A stretch of 45,722 nucleotides of DNA from Octopus sinensis (GCF_006345805.1 NW_021834648.1:1-45722), one strand, 5' to 3'; numbered from the stretch's first letter, positions 1 to 11,060 are shown. Numbers and translations: made by a program. Notes: generated by a model from the sequence alone, not told the origin.

Positions 1-15
1 TATTATTATTATTAT

Positions 16-56
<41 letters not shown>

Positions 57-115
57 ATAGTAGTAGCAGTAGTAGCAGCAGCAGCAGAAGCAGCGGTGGC
101 GGTGGCGGTAGTAGT
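1..115. repeat. Compound trinucleotide microsatellite (TAT/TAG/CAG/GGT)
   Basis: Directly visible tandem triplets. Confidence 0.95.
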
Positions 116-539
116 AATGGAACAGTGGAAGCAGCAGTATCCTTAAAAATATTTTTGATAATATTTTTATTGTTATCGCTAATCTTCTTATTTATTATAA
201 CAATATTTCAAAAAACAGGGGTTAGTGGTAGGGGCTGGTGGCGTGTGTGTGTGTGGATGGTGGTGGTGGTGGTGATGAAGGTAAAATGAATAGAATTTCA
301 AAAAAGATAAGAGAAAGTTAAAAGGGCATAAAAATCAACTGCAGAAACCCCTTGAAAAATCGCATTAAAAGGGGCCAAGGTGTGAAAGATAAGATAAAAT
401 AGTGACATATTTCATGTCAAAGTTTCGAGAGAAATGGTATTTATTTACACATTAGATTCTATTAAATCTATATTTGTCTGAGGCTCTGCTGACATCTGTT
501 TCTTTCTCCCCCACTGCCTCCATCATACACCTCACACCC

Positions 540-1200
540 GCGCAGTCACCGCCATATTCATTATCTGTCTCGGTTTAAAATGGCGTCATGCACCACTTCC
601 GCTAAACGTGTGTATTCGTACGAAATTATCAGAATCAAAGAGGATTTTTCCATGAAAACTCTTCAAATTGAGATGTTAGCCCAGTTCCTTCATTCGTCAC
701 AGAAAATGTATAAAATACAGCGGCAACAAGAAAAATATATGAAATATGAAACTTGTGTTGTTGTTTTTTTGTCTTTTTTTTTCCATATTTTGAAATATGG
801 GTCATTTAACATGCTGATGAAGATGGTTTTAATACAGGATATTGGTTTTCTCCCTTAACAAACAAGTTTTCTTCCGTGGTACAAGACCACAATTGTATAG
901 AAGAAGAACAGATACTGTGATGTGTCATGGCTTTCTCTAAAGACTGTAACATTATAAATGAAGAGATTTGACTTCTCCGAAGAGCGACAAACGTGTAGCG
1001 ACTCTTTTCACCGGAAGTTTGCTCTACGTCAGTATAGATACTACGAAACCACCAAATGCGTCAAGACCAAAAAATTCTCTTCGCAAATAACTATGATGGA
1101 CTCTCACTTTCATTTCAGTATACGAGCGTCCAGTGGTTCGATCAAACGGATGGCCTGTTCCTTAAAATGGCTTGAGAGTGGTTGAGTATCCCGCAGACCC
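540..1200. promoter_or_regulatory. CpG-rich promoter-like island with YY1, ETS and CRE-like motifs
   Basis: CCGCCATATT 549-558, AAAATGGCG 577-585, CACTTCCG 594-601, ACCGGAAGT about 1007-1015, TACGTCA about 1025-1031; visibly more CpG than the flanks. Confidence 0.4.
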
Positions 1201-1259
1201 ATATATCTTAGAATTCCAAAGTAAGAAAAGAGTGAGAGCGTAACAGGAAAGAACATTTG

Positions 1260-1420
1260 CATTTTCGGTACAGTCTATCCGGTTGGACCCTTACACAATT
1301 TCTATCTTCGCAAACTAACTCAGAGTGCTTGAGGCGACCCAGTGTTACAGTAAAGGTACTTGTCCAATATTCCTCGCTGTACGTCGAACCTGGAACCGCG
1401 TAGTCGCAAAACGAATTACT
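1260..1420 (-). mobile_element. Highly decayed SINE family C (OK-like) 5' half
   Basis: Loose similarity to the reverse complement of the 15699-16118 head (acttgtcca...gaacctggaaccgcgtagt...ttact). Confidence 0.45.
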
Positions 1421-2171
1421 TAATTTGCGTCCAAAACAACTATAATACTTAATTACTATAATATTTGATTAATGTTGCACTTAATTGTCATAATTCTTGA
1501 CATTAATGCATTGGTAGGCGAATAGCAAAAATCGATTAACTGATATTTAACTGGTACTAGTTTTAAGAAAATCGATTTATGACACAGGGTCACATATTTT
1601 TTGAGGGAGACAGTCTAGCAAAAAGAACCCTGTGCTCAATTGGTTCTTCTCTATATCCACCTTGGAAGGAGAAAAATTAAAACTGACTTCGGTAAAATTT
1701 GAATATCGGGCGTAAAAAGTCGTAACTGAGCAGCATCGTTCTTAGATTCTCCTAATCAAAAGAAAAAGAAAAGAGGAATTTGGGGCCGATTACAATTGAT
1801 TAAATTCTTCACAATATTCAAACTTTAGTAAAAGACCAGGAATTTGTTGGAGAAATAGGTGACTGTCATTGATTAGATATAAATGGTTCTTCTCTGGTCC
1901 ATACTGGTATGATAATATCAAAGCTGGCTCCGGTAATAGAGTAAATTTTTGAGCAAGTAGACTGCGCTGAGTTTGCTATCTTGGAGCATCGAATTAGAAC
2001 TAGCAACAACAAGAACAAAATAGGAATATCATCATAAACACTATCAACAACAACAATTCAAGGTAATAAAGTGGAAGTAAATAAAATTAGAATAAAAAAT
2101 TCAGTGGAACAAAATTCAGAGTAAAACAGTTTACGAGGGTTGAAATACGCTTCTAATATTCAGGTCTGTTT

Positions 2172-2318
2172 AAGGCGGCGAGCTGGCAGTTCAAATGTCA
2201 CCGAGATCGATATTGCTTTTCATCCTCTCGTGGTCGATAATTGAGTACTGGGGTCGATGTGACTGATTTACTTCCTACTCCGAAATTTCAGGCCTTGTGC
2301 CAATATTTGAAACCAGTA
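2172..2318 (+). mobile_element. SINE family A (OR2-like), internally deleted
   Basis: aaggcggcgagctggcag head fused to gttcaaat...ttttcatcctctcgtggtcgataa...tttcaggccttgtgcc tail. Confidence 0.85.
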
Positions 2319-2385
2319 TCTAAGTTTGTTTTTCCTTAAACTACGTATGAGTGTATGTGTATGTAAGCGAGTATATAAATATGTA

Positions 2386-3301
2386 TTGGGTCATCCCATA
2401 AATAATGCGTTTTTTTCAATTGCATGAACTAAAAGTCGGAAGACGATGGGATAAACTACCTGCATCAACTTGCTATAAAAGCAGGTAGTAATTTTACCTT
2501 GTCCTTATTCTTAGTGCAAGCTTTTAAGAGTGCAGTTCGATTTTAACAGTTATTTTCAAAGCTATAATGGAAGTGACAAAGGAGCATATTCTACATATTT
2601 TGCTTAATGAGTTCAATAAAGGCAACAATGCAACGGAATGTGCGAGGAATATTAATGCAGTATATGGGGATCGGATAATAAGCGTAAGACAGTGTCAACA
2701 GTGGTTCCAGAAATTCCAAGCCGGGAACTACAGCCTAGAAAACGAGCCTTGTACCGAAAGATCTGTAGAGCTCGATGAAGACGTCCTGCAAACCTTGGTG
2801 GAACAAAATCCCATCGTAACTTTTGAAGAATAGCAGAGAAGCTTGGATTTGCTCATTCAACCATTTATCGACACCTGCGCAAGAAGTAAAACGATCATCT
2901 TTGGATTCAAGGTGAAAGGTGTTCTTCCATCAGGATAATGCTCGGCCACATACAACGAGGATGACATTCCAAAGGATGGAACAGTTTGGATGGAAAACGA
3001 TGCTCCACCCACCATATTCGCCGGACATTTCCCCATCTGATTATCATTTATTCCACAGTCTTCACAATCATTTGGACGGAAAAAATATGAGTTCTGTAGA
3101 CGAGGTCAGAACAATACTGGAGGAGTATTTTTCATCACAGACAAGTGGATTTTGAAAGAGGGGCCTTGCAAGTCAACTAGATAGATGGAAGAGCATTGTA
3201 GGAAATGAAGGAGAGTATATTTTAGATTAAAAAAGAATTTTGACTCAATTTTGAAAAATAAAAGATGTGTAAATATACGCATTATTTATGGGATAACCCA
3301 G
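2386..3301 (+). mobile_element. Mariner (DD34D) transposon, internally deleted, both TIRs retained
   Basis: TIR TTGGGTCATCCCATAAATAATGCGT at 2386-2410 with an inverted copy ending at 3301; TA at the left end; HTH ORF 2567-2833 (stop, then AEKLGF); catalytic end HQDNARPH...HPPYSPDISPSDYHLF at 2919-3155; the middle (WVPHEL, first D) is missing. Confidence 0.93.
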
Positions 3302-3663
3302 TTTATATTTGGGTGTGTATGCTGTGTTTCTATGTGTACAAAGGTATCTGTAAACATACGTATAAGTATATACGTAAGTGTGTATGTATGTGTGTGGTGT
3401 ATGTGTATATATGTGGATGCATGTGTATATATGTGTCGGGTATGTTTACACAAAACTTGAATGAAATAATGTTAGGCCCAATAAAATAGTAACACGTGCT
3501 TTCACAATCTCTCTCTCTCTCTCTCTCTCTCACACAGCATGTCAAGAAAGAAGGTTTAAAAGAATACTGAAAATAGAAAGTCAGTTTATTTTAAATGGTG
3601 GCATGCAATTAAATTTCTAGTGTTGTGTAATTAATAATTAAACTAAAGCACGAAAATTTATTG

Positions 3664-3760
3664 AGAGAGAGAGAGAAAGAACTAGCGAGCGAGAGAGAGA
3701 GTGAGAGAGAGAGAGAGAGAGAGAAAGAGAAAGAAAGAGAAGAAGGGAGAGAGGGAGAAA
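3664..3760. repeat. (GA)n microsatellite
   Basis: Direct. Confidence 0.9.
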
Positions 3761-3974
3761 CGTAAATAACTCTCGACATTGTTTTTCTGGCACCAAAATC
3801 TGAGATATTCTTAATAATTAGTTCGATTATTTATGAAAATAATAATTAACTTGACATATATATTTCGTTGTCTTTCTTTAAAATTTCTTTTTTGGTGATA
3901 AAAATTGATCAATTCTCTCCTCACAACAGATGGAACTGGTTTGTTTTTAAAACATTTTTTGGATCATTCCGTGG

Positions 3975-4116
3975 CTGATTGTGTTGTTGTTGTTGTTGTC
4001 GTTGTTTATGGTGTTGTGAATGTTATCGTTTTTGTTGTAGTTGATGATAACGATGTGGTCACGATAATGTTATGGTTATTATTATTAACAACAAGGCTAT
4101 TATTTGGTGACGTTGG

Positions 4117-4147
<31 letters not shown>

Positions 4148-4231
4148 GGTTCTCAGCAATGTTGCTGCTGATGTTGATGATGATGAATGTTTTGTATACT
4201 GTTGTTACGTTTATAAGGATTATACCATTTG

Positions 4232-4274
<43 letters not shown>

Positions 4275-4285
4275 CAGCAGCATGG
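3975..4285. repeat. Compound GTT/GAT/GGT/TAG microsatellites
   Basis: Direct. Confidence 0.85.
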
Positions 4286-4294
4286 TTGATATTA

Positions 4295-4410
4295 TTACTT
4301 TTCATCTTTTCAGGGTCCAAAAAATAAGTACCAGTTACGCACTGGGGTCGATGAAGTCAATTAGCCCCCTCCCTCGAAGTTTCAGGCCTTTTGCCTATCG
4401 CAGGAAGGAT
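4295..4410 (+). mobile_element. SINE family A 3' half followed by (TAT)n tail
   Basis: ttcatcttttcagggtcc...agtaccagttacgcactggggtcgat...tttcaggcctt...aggattatt. Confidence 0.85.
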
Positions 4411-4433
4411 TATTATTGTTACTATTATTATTA

Positions 4434-4468
<35 letters not shown>

Positions 4469-4470
<2 letters not shown>

Positions 4471-4643
4471 GGCGGTGAGCTGGCAGAATCGTTAGCACGC
4501 TGGACGAAATGCTTAGCGGCATTTCGTCAGTCTTTACGTTCTAAGTTCAATTTCCACCGTGGTTGAACATTGGGTTTTATGTAATCGACTAATCCCCTTC
4601 CTCCAAAATTGCTGGCCTTGTGCCAAAATTTGAAGCCATTATT
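4469..4643 (+). mobile_element. SINE family A, internal deletion
   Basis: aaggcggtgagctggcagaatcgttagcacg...gttcaatttcc...gccttgtgccaaaatttgaa. Confidence 0.88.
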
Positions 4644-4644
4644 G

Positions 4645-4856
4645 GTGGTGAGCAGGCAGAGTCGTTAGCACACCGGGCGAATTGCTTTCTGGTATTTCGT
4701 CTGTCTTTACGTTCTGAGTTCAAATGCCGCCAGGGTCGACTTTGCCATTCATCCTTTCGGAGTTAATAAATTAAGTACCAGTTGCGTACTGGGGTCGATC
4801 AAATCAACTGTCCCCTACCACCAAGTTTCAGGCCTTATGCCTATAACGGAAAGGAT
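4645..4856 (+). mobile_element. SINE family A, near full length
   Basis: Head with A/B-box-like motifs (tgagcaggcagagtcg; gagttcaaatgcc), central tttgccattcatcctttcgg domain and tail. Confidence 0.9.
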
Positions 4857-4877
4857 GCTTCTTCTTCTTCTTCTCTT

Positions 4878-4908
<31 letters not shown>

Positions 4909-4917
4909 TTATTATTA

Positions 4918-4963
<46 letters not shown>
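4857..4963. repeat. (CTT)n-(ATT)n compound microsatellite
   Basis: Direct. Confidence 0.95.
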
Positions 4964-5511
4964 GAGTGAGAGAGCAGTGCATACCATCAAAGTGACACTA
5001 GAGTAAAATATACGAAGCCCAATATACCCATCACGACTACTCGTCTGATAAGGGTACACTAGGCACATGCATCACAACCTTGTGTGCGCAACATGGTGAT
5101 CTCATATCAAGATAAACAGCACATGACCTTGCGGGTGGGGCCCAGTTAGAATTTTCTTCAGGTTGAGTAGCCCATCCCACTCAAAAGGTCCCTGATTAAG
5201 GGTTGTTTAAGGATGTTGATCGAAACATCCATGTTTCCAGAGGTGAATTATCCAAACCCCAAAGAATCCCTCTCAACACATGGCTGTGATGCTCCCCCAC
5301 TACTTCTGCTCGTGATCAGAGATGCACATATCGTCAGCCACTAAGGGACATGGTCAACTGGTTATGGTCAAACAACTGACTAGAAAATCTGTGGTATTGA
5401 GCAGAATATTTGCTGTAGCCCATCTTTTATACCAAGACAAAACAATGCACATGATAACACTTCCAATCAGTTAAGATCAAAAGCCATGAGAGCCACTGGC
5501 TGGTACTGCAT
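4964..5511 (-). mobile_element. Family E ~550-bp interspersed element, copy 1
   Basis: Collinear with 11581-12064, 39444-39987 and 40668-41225; flanked by (ATT)n on both sides; strand inferred from the (AAT)n following the ctctctcactc end. Confidence 0.85.
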
Positions 5512-5524
5512 ATTATTATTATTA

Positions 5525-5570
<46 letters not shown>

Positions 5571-5665
5571 TCTGTTGTTGTTGTTGTTATTATTATTATT
5601 ACTATTATTATTATTGTTATTATTATTGTTATTATTATTGTTATGGTGGTGGTGGTGGTGGTGGT
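5512..5665. repeat. (TAT)n/(TGT)n/(GGT)n microsatellite
   Basis: Direct. Confidence 0.95.
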
Positions 5666-5939
5666 AGTAATGTTGGGGCTGTAGTAGTAGCAACAATAGC
5701 ACTAGTAGTAGGTCATCAAGTATGAAATTTGTAGTCAGGTATATGGTAAACTTTGACAACTGCTCATTTTGCGCCATTATTATATTTTGACATTCCTTAT
5801 TTTTGGTTGGAAAGCTGACACATCTATTTCTTTATTCTGACTCATTTTGCACTTTGTAAAGTATTTATTAATCGTTATTTCCTATTTTTGTTTAGAGATG
5901 GATTAGTCGGAAATTCGTACAGATTTGAAATACGAGTTG

Positions 5940-6860
5940 GGAATATTACTGGAGTATTTCATTCTAATGTTATTACACAGCAGAGAGCATCAAATTGTGC
6001 TGCAAAATTTCGTTCTGGTAACTTTGACCTCACGACTGAGCAACGCGGTCGACCAGAAACAAAGGTGGATAATGACGAACTGAAAGCCACCATCGAGTCA
6101 GATCCATCTCAAAGTGTCCGGGAATTATCGTTGTTGTTTGGGCAAATAATATTGACTCACCTAATTCAAATCGATAAAGTGAAAAAGTTGGATAAGTGGG
6201 TTCCACATGAACTCAATGAAAATCAGAAACAGCAACGTTTGGAAGCCTACGTTGTGCTACTTTCTCGTCACAAAAATGAATCATTTTTGAATTGAATTGT
6301 AACATGTGATGAGAAATGGATCCAATACGACAACCGTAAACGTTCAGCACAATGGTTGGACAAAGACGAGCCACCAAAACACAGTCCCGAAAGCAAAATT
6401 CATCAAAAGAAGCTGATGGTGTGTGTTTGGTGTCTGGCGCAGGTGTCATTCATTATGATTTCATTAAACCTGGCTCATCAATCATGGCCGGAGTATACTG
6501 CAGCCAACTGGACCAAATGATGCAGAAATTTACAAAAAAAGAAAGCCTAGATTAGCCAACAGATCCATTCCTATTTTATTGCAACAAAATGACATTGGTG
6601 AAACTACAGGATTTAGAGTTGGAAGTTCTCCATCATCCACCATACTCACCTGATCTTGTCCCCCTGACTGCCACTTCCAGAATTTGGATAACTTTTTGAT
6701 TGAAAAAAATAATAATAATAAATTCCGACGATGCTGTAAAATAGGCCTTCCAAGATTTTATTGACTCTAAATTGCCAGGTTTTTACAGTTCCGGGCTGGA
6801 CAAGCTACCGCTGAAATGGCAAAAGTGTTTGACAATGTGGTTGCATACTTTCATGAATAA
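5940..6860 (+). pseudogene. Decayed mariner (DD34D) transposase
   Basis: FRSGNFDL..EQRGRP, KWVPHELNENQK, IVTCDEKWIQYDN, GVIHYDF, HPPYSPDL; several stops and frameshifts; TIRs not found. Confidence 0.92.
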
Positions 6861-6949
6861 AACTATTCCTTGTGTTTATAATAGATTAGCAATCTTTCCT
6901 TTCTTTTCTACAAATTTCATACTTGACGACTCAATACTATTATTGTAGA

Positions 6950-7180
6950 AGTTGTAATAGTATAGCAGTAGTAGTAGTAGTAGTAGTTGTAGGAGGAGGA
7001 GGAAGAGTGGTAGTAGTAAATGCTGATGTTTCTTTATCATATTTCTTCAGGTTATTGTTGCTACGCTTTTATTGTTGCTGCAGTACAAGCAGGTCTAGTA
7101 GTAGTAGTAGTAGTAGAGTAGTAGTAGTAGTAGTAGTAGTTGTTGTTGTTGTTGTTGCTGTTGTCGTTATTGGTGGTAGT
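6950..7180. repeat. (TAG)n/(GTT)n microsatellites
   Basis: Direct. Confidence 0.85.
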
Positions 7181-7779
7181 AAATGATGTTTTTAATATTG
7201 TTGATGACGTTGATGGTGAAGTTCTTACAAAAAGCGCTGATCTTGTTGACGATGGCAAAGGTTGATATTTTTTTTCGAGATGAAGAAAGATTTGCTACCT
7301 ATGTTCATGTTTTATACATGCATGTATATGTATGTATATACTTACATAACCATATACATACATACATACATACATGCATATATATATACACACACATACA
7401 CACACGCATATATAATTGCATGCATATTCACATACATACACACATATATCTATATATATATATCTACATGTTTACATATATTCCTGTGTACCCTTACATA
7501 TGTGTGTGTGTTTGTTTGCTTACGTGAGTTTATGCATATATGCTTACATACATACACACACACACACACACATGTATATCATTAATGTGACAACATGCAC
7601 ATAGACACGCGTATGTGTCTCTACATGTTTATATATGCTTCCGAATTGTGTGTGTGTGTGCGTGTGTGTTTGACTGATGCTGTGATCTCAGGCGTTGTTA
7701 TATCTCTATCCTATATCTACAATATCACCACGTATGACATACATATCAAAACTTTTGATCCGCCTTTCTGATTCGAAAC

Positions 7780-7900
7780 CAAACAACAACAACAACAACA
7801 ACAACAACAGCAGCTGCAAACGACATCAACAACAGCAACAATAACAACGACAACAACGCACAGGACAGCAACAACAACAACAACAGCAACCACAACAGAT
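7780..7900. repeat. (CAA)n microsatellite
   Basis: Direct. Confidence 0.9.
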
Positions 7901-8269
7901 CATTGTAGAAAAAACTAAAATAAAATTAAAAAATCACTCAAAAATTTTTGTTAAAAAAACATAATTTCCGTAAAAGGAAAGGAAGGCAACACATCCGTTT
8001 GAATTGATAAGACTAGAGATGATTACGTGCAAAACTTCACGTGCTCATTTGACGTGCACACCTTACTGTGCAATCATGGCTTGCGTCTAATGTGCAAAGT
8101 AAGCAGAGAAATTTTTATTGGAGAATCCTTGTCAGCTGAGAGAAAGGTGTTTCGCTTCTTTGATGCTGTTAGTGATAGCAAGCTGTCAGTATTGGTTAAA
8201 GATGAGTGTAAACTGTTACAAAAAGAGAGAAAAAAGGAAAAGTAAAGAGAAGAGAAAAGAAAAGAAAAA

Positions 8270-8346
8270 TTACAATAGTAGTAATAATGATAATAATAAC
8301 AATGATAATAATAATGATGATGATGATGATAATAATAATAATAACA

Positions 8347-8388
<42 letters not shown>

Positions 8389-8715
8389 GTAATAGTAATA
8401 ATGATGATGATGATGATGATGATGTGATGATGATAATATTAATAATAATAATAATAATGATGATGATGATAGTAGTAGAGTAGTAGTAGTAGTGGTGGTA
8501 GTGATGACGATGATGATGATGATGATATCAATAGTAAAACAAGGAATAAAAAATTGCGGCAGCGGCAACAATAACAACAACAACAACAACCATAACCACA
8601 ATAAAAAGAATAACAGTTGTAGCAAGCACAATAGTAGTCGAACAACAACGAGGACAACAGCAACAACAACGACACGACAGCAACAACAACAAAAACAGTA
8701 ACGATAAAATCACAA
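8270..8715. repeat. Compound AAT/GAT/TAG/CAA microsatellites
   Basis: Direct. Confidence 0.9.
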
Positions 8716-8784
8716 TAATGATGATGATGATGATGATGATGATGATGGTGATGATATGATGATGGTGATGATGGTGAGGATGAC

Positions 8785-8824
<40 letters not shown>

Positions 8825-8833
8825 GTGATGTTG

Positions 8834-8865
<32 letters not shown>

Positions 8866-8882
8866 GATGATGATGGTGATGT

Positions 8883-8937
<55 letters not shown>

Positions 8938-8947
8938 GGTGATGATG

Positions 8948-8979
<32 letters not shown>

Positions 8980-9000
8980 GGTGATGATGGTGAGTATGAC

Positions 9001-9090
<90 letters not shown>

Positions 9091-9097
9091 GTGATGT

Positions 9098-9128
<31 letters not shown>

Positions 9129-9175
9129 GATGATGATGTGTGATGATGATGGTGATGGTGATGATGATGGTGATG
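8716..9175. repeat. Long (GAT)n array with GGT/GTT variants
   Basis: Direct; it produces the poly-Met ORFs. Confidence 0.97.
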
Positions 9176-9312
9176 ATTGTGATAGTAAAGTTAATTATTG
9201 CAGCAGCAGCAGCAGTAGAACGAGAGCTAAAACAATAACCATATTAAGGGACAAGACCAAAAAAACATCACTAACAACAGCAACAACAACAGCAGCTACA
9301 TTTTTAATGCTA

Positions 9313-9315
9313 CTA

Positions 9316-9384
<69 letters not shown>

Positions 9385-9520
9385 TAATAATAATAATAAC
9401 AACAACAATAACAACAACAACAACAATAATAATAATAATAATAATAATAAAAATAATAATAATAATAATAACAACAATAATAATAATAATAATAAAAACA
9501 ACAACAACAACAACAACAAC

Positions 9521-9560
<40 letters not shown>
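9313..9560. repeat. (CTA)n-(ATA)n-(ACA)n microsatellite
   Basis: Direct. Confidence 0.95.
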
Positions 9561-9561
<1 letters not shown>

Positions 9562-9930
9562 AAGATTTTGTGACAAACTACTTTTGTTAGACACGACTGG
9601 AGAGGCTGGGTGGTGGCGGGTGTCGGGTGAGAGTGGGACGGCTTTTGCTGTATTTGTTTTTTTCTAAAAAAAAAACACAAAATATAAAAGAATAAAACAG
9701 AAAGTTGATTGAATCGACCTCTAGCGTTTTAATTGTATTAATTTATCGATATGTGAAAGGTGAAATAGGAAAGGTGACTTTCCTATTTCACCAACCACCC
9801 ACCCACCTGCCGTGCTCCCGTGACCCCGTCCCCGCCTCCAAACACGCCCCAGTAAGGTCTGAAGTGAAAGCAATAAGGGAATAGCAATGTAAGTCATTCT
9901 TACCTTTTTCCCCTCCGTCGCTTGCCCCTC

Positions 9931-9961
<31 letters not shown>

Positions 9962-10226
9962 TCATTCTCTCTCTCTCTCTTTCTCTCTCTCATTCTCTCT
10001 CGATGAGTAAAAATCAAACAAGACCCTTCTGCACAGATACAGGTAAGTTGAGTATACACCCCACCCACATATATAACTGTATTCTTTTATTCTATAATTC
10101 TTTTACTTGTTTCAATCATTTGACTGCCGCCATGCTGGAGCACCGCCTTTAGTCAAACAAATCGCCCCCTGAACTTATTGTTTGTAAGCCTAGTACTTAT
10201 TCTATCAGTCACTTTGCGCCGAACCG

Positions 10227-10282
<56 letters not shown>

Positions 10283-10283
10283 T

Positions 10284-10612
10284 TCTTTCCTCCACCTCTA
10301 TTTTGTCTCACATCTAAACTAACTGTGACTTAACCATCCTCTCACACCGTCTCCGCTGAAGGGATATAATTAATAAATATCCTAGAAACAGCTGTAAGAC
10401 CTTCTATCTATAAATGTTCTAATATCTACACAGCCTTGGTTTTTTATCTCATTACGCAAAATTTCTTATACACACTCACTGACATAGAACCAACGTTGAA
10501 CCCCTTATTCGCAAAATTACCGAACCTGGAACTTAACTATGGTCTGTCTATAGCACTTATTCAGCATTACCTGACACCTTTGGGTTTCAATGACACCATT
10601 ACCTCTCATAAC
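10284..10612 (+). mobile_element. Penelope-like element pseudo-LTR fragment
   Basis: (TA)n on both sides; hammerhead-like motif at 10349-10400; downstream FAKLPNLEL...LTPLGF loosely resembles PLE ORF N-termini. Confidence 0.55.
10349..10400 (+). ncRNA. Minimal type I hammerhead ribozyme-like motif with variant or decayed core
   Basis: GTCT-CCGCTGA-agggatat/atatccta-GAAA-cagctg-TA-AGAC: stems I, II and palindromic III all present; the core has 2 changes from CTGANGA. Confidence 0.5.
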
Positions 10613-10814
10613 CTATATATATATATACGGTGGCCTTCTTTCAGTTTTCGTTTATCAAATCCACTCATAAGGCTTTGGTTGGCCCGAGGTTAGATTAGAC
10701 GACGCTTGCCCAAGGTGCCATGCAGTGGGACTGAACCCAGAATCGTGCGGTTGGGAAGCAAGCTTCTTACCACTCAGTCATGCCTGCGCCTATATGCATA
10801 TATAGCTCTTTCCC

Positions 10815-11060
10815 CTTTTACCTTTAACGTGTTTCGGTCGCTAGAGTGCGGCCCTGCTGGAGCGCCACTTTGAAGAAATTTTAGTTGAATAAATCTACCC
10901 CAGTACATTTTTTTAAGCATGGCAATTATTCTATCGTTCTCTTTTGCCGAGTCGCTAGATTATGGGGATGTAAACACAGGAAGACTCGTTATAGATCGGT
11001 GGTGCGGTACAAACACAGACGCAAAACACACATACACACAAACGCAAATACATACACACA
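10815..11060 (-). mobile_element. Decayed SINE family C 3' half
   Basis: gcggccctgctggagcgcc...attctatcgttctcttttgccgagtcgctag...gatgtaaacac followed by (CA)n. Confidence 0.7.

Larger units (their letters stand above)
10096..10790 (-). mobile_element. SINE family C (OK-like) split by an insertion in its internal (TA)n
   Basis: 3' part 10096-10228 (tttgactgccgccatgctggagcaccgcc) and 5' part 10628-10790 (cttgcccaaggtgccatgcagtgggactgaaccc) are reverse complements of the 15699-16118 copy. Confidence 0.88.

Noticed and set aside
580-858. 92-aa ORF starting in a good ATGGCG context
   Set aside because: No recognisable domain and it runs into T-rich sequence. The ATGGCG is equally explained by a YY1 motif, so it is kept only as part of the promoter candidate.
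8074-9680. Many long ORFs (poly-Met, poly-Leu, poly-Tyr, poly-Asn)
   Set aside because: Translations of trinucleotide microsatellites; the same applies to similar ORFs throughout the window.
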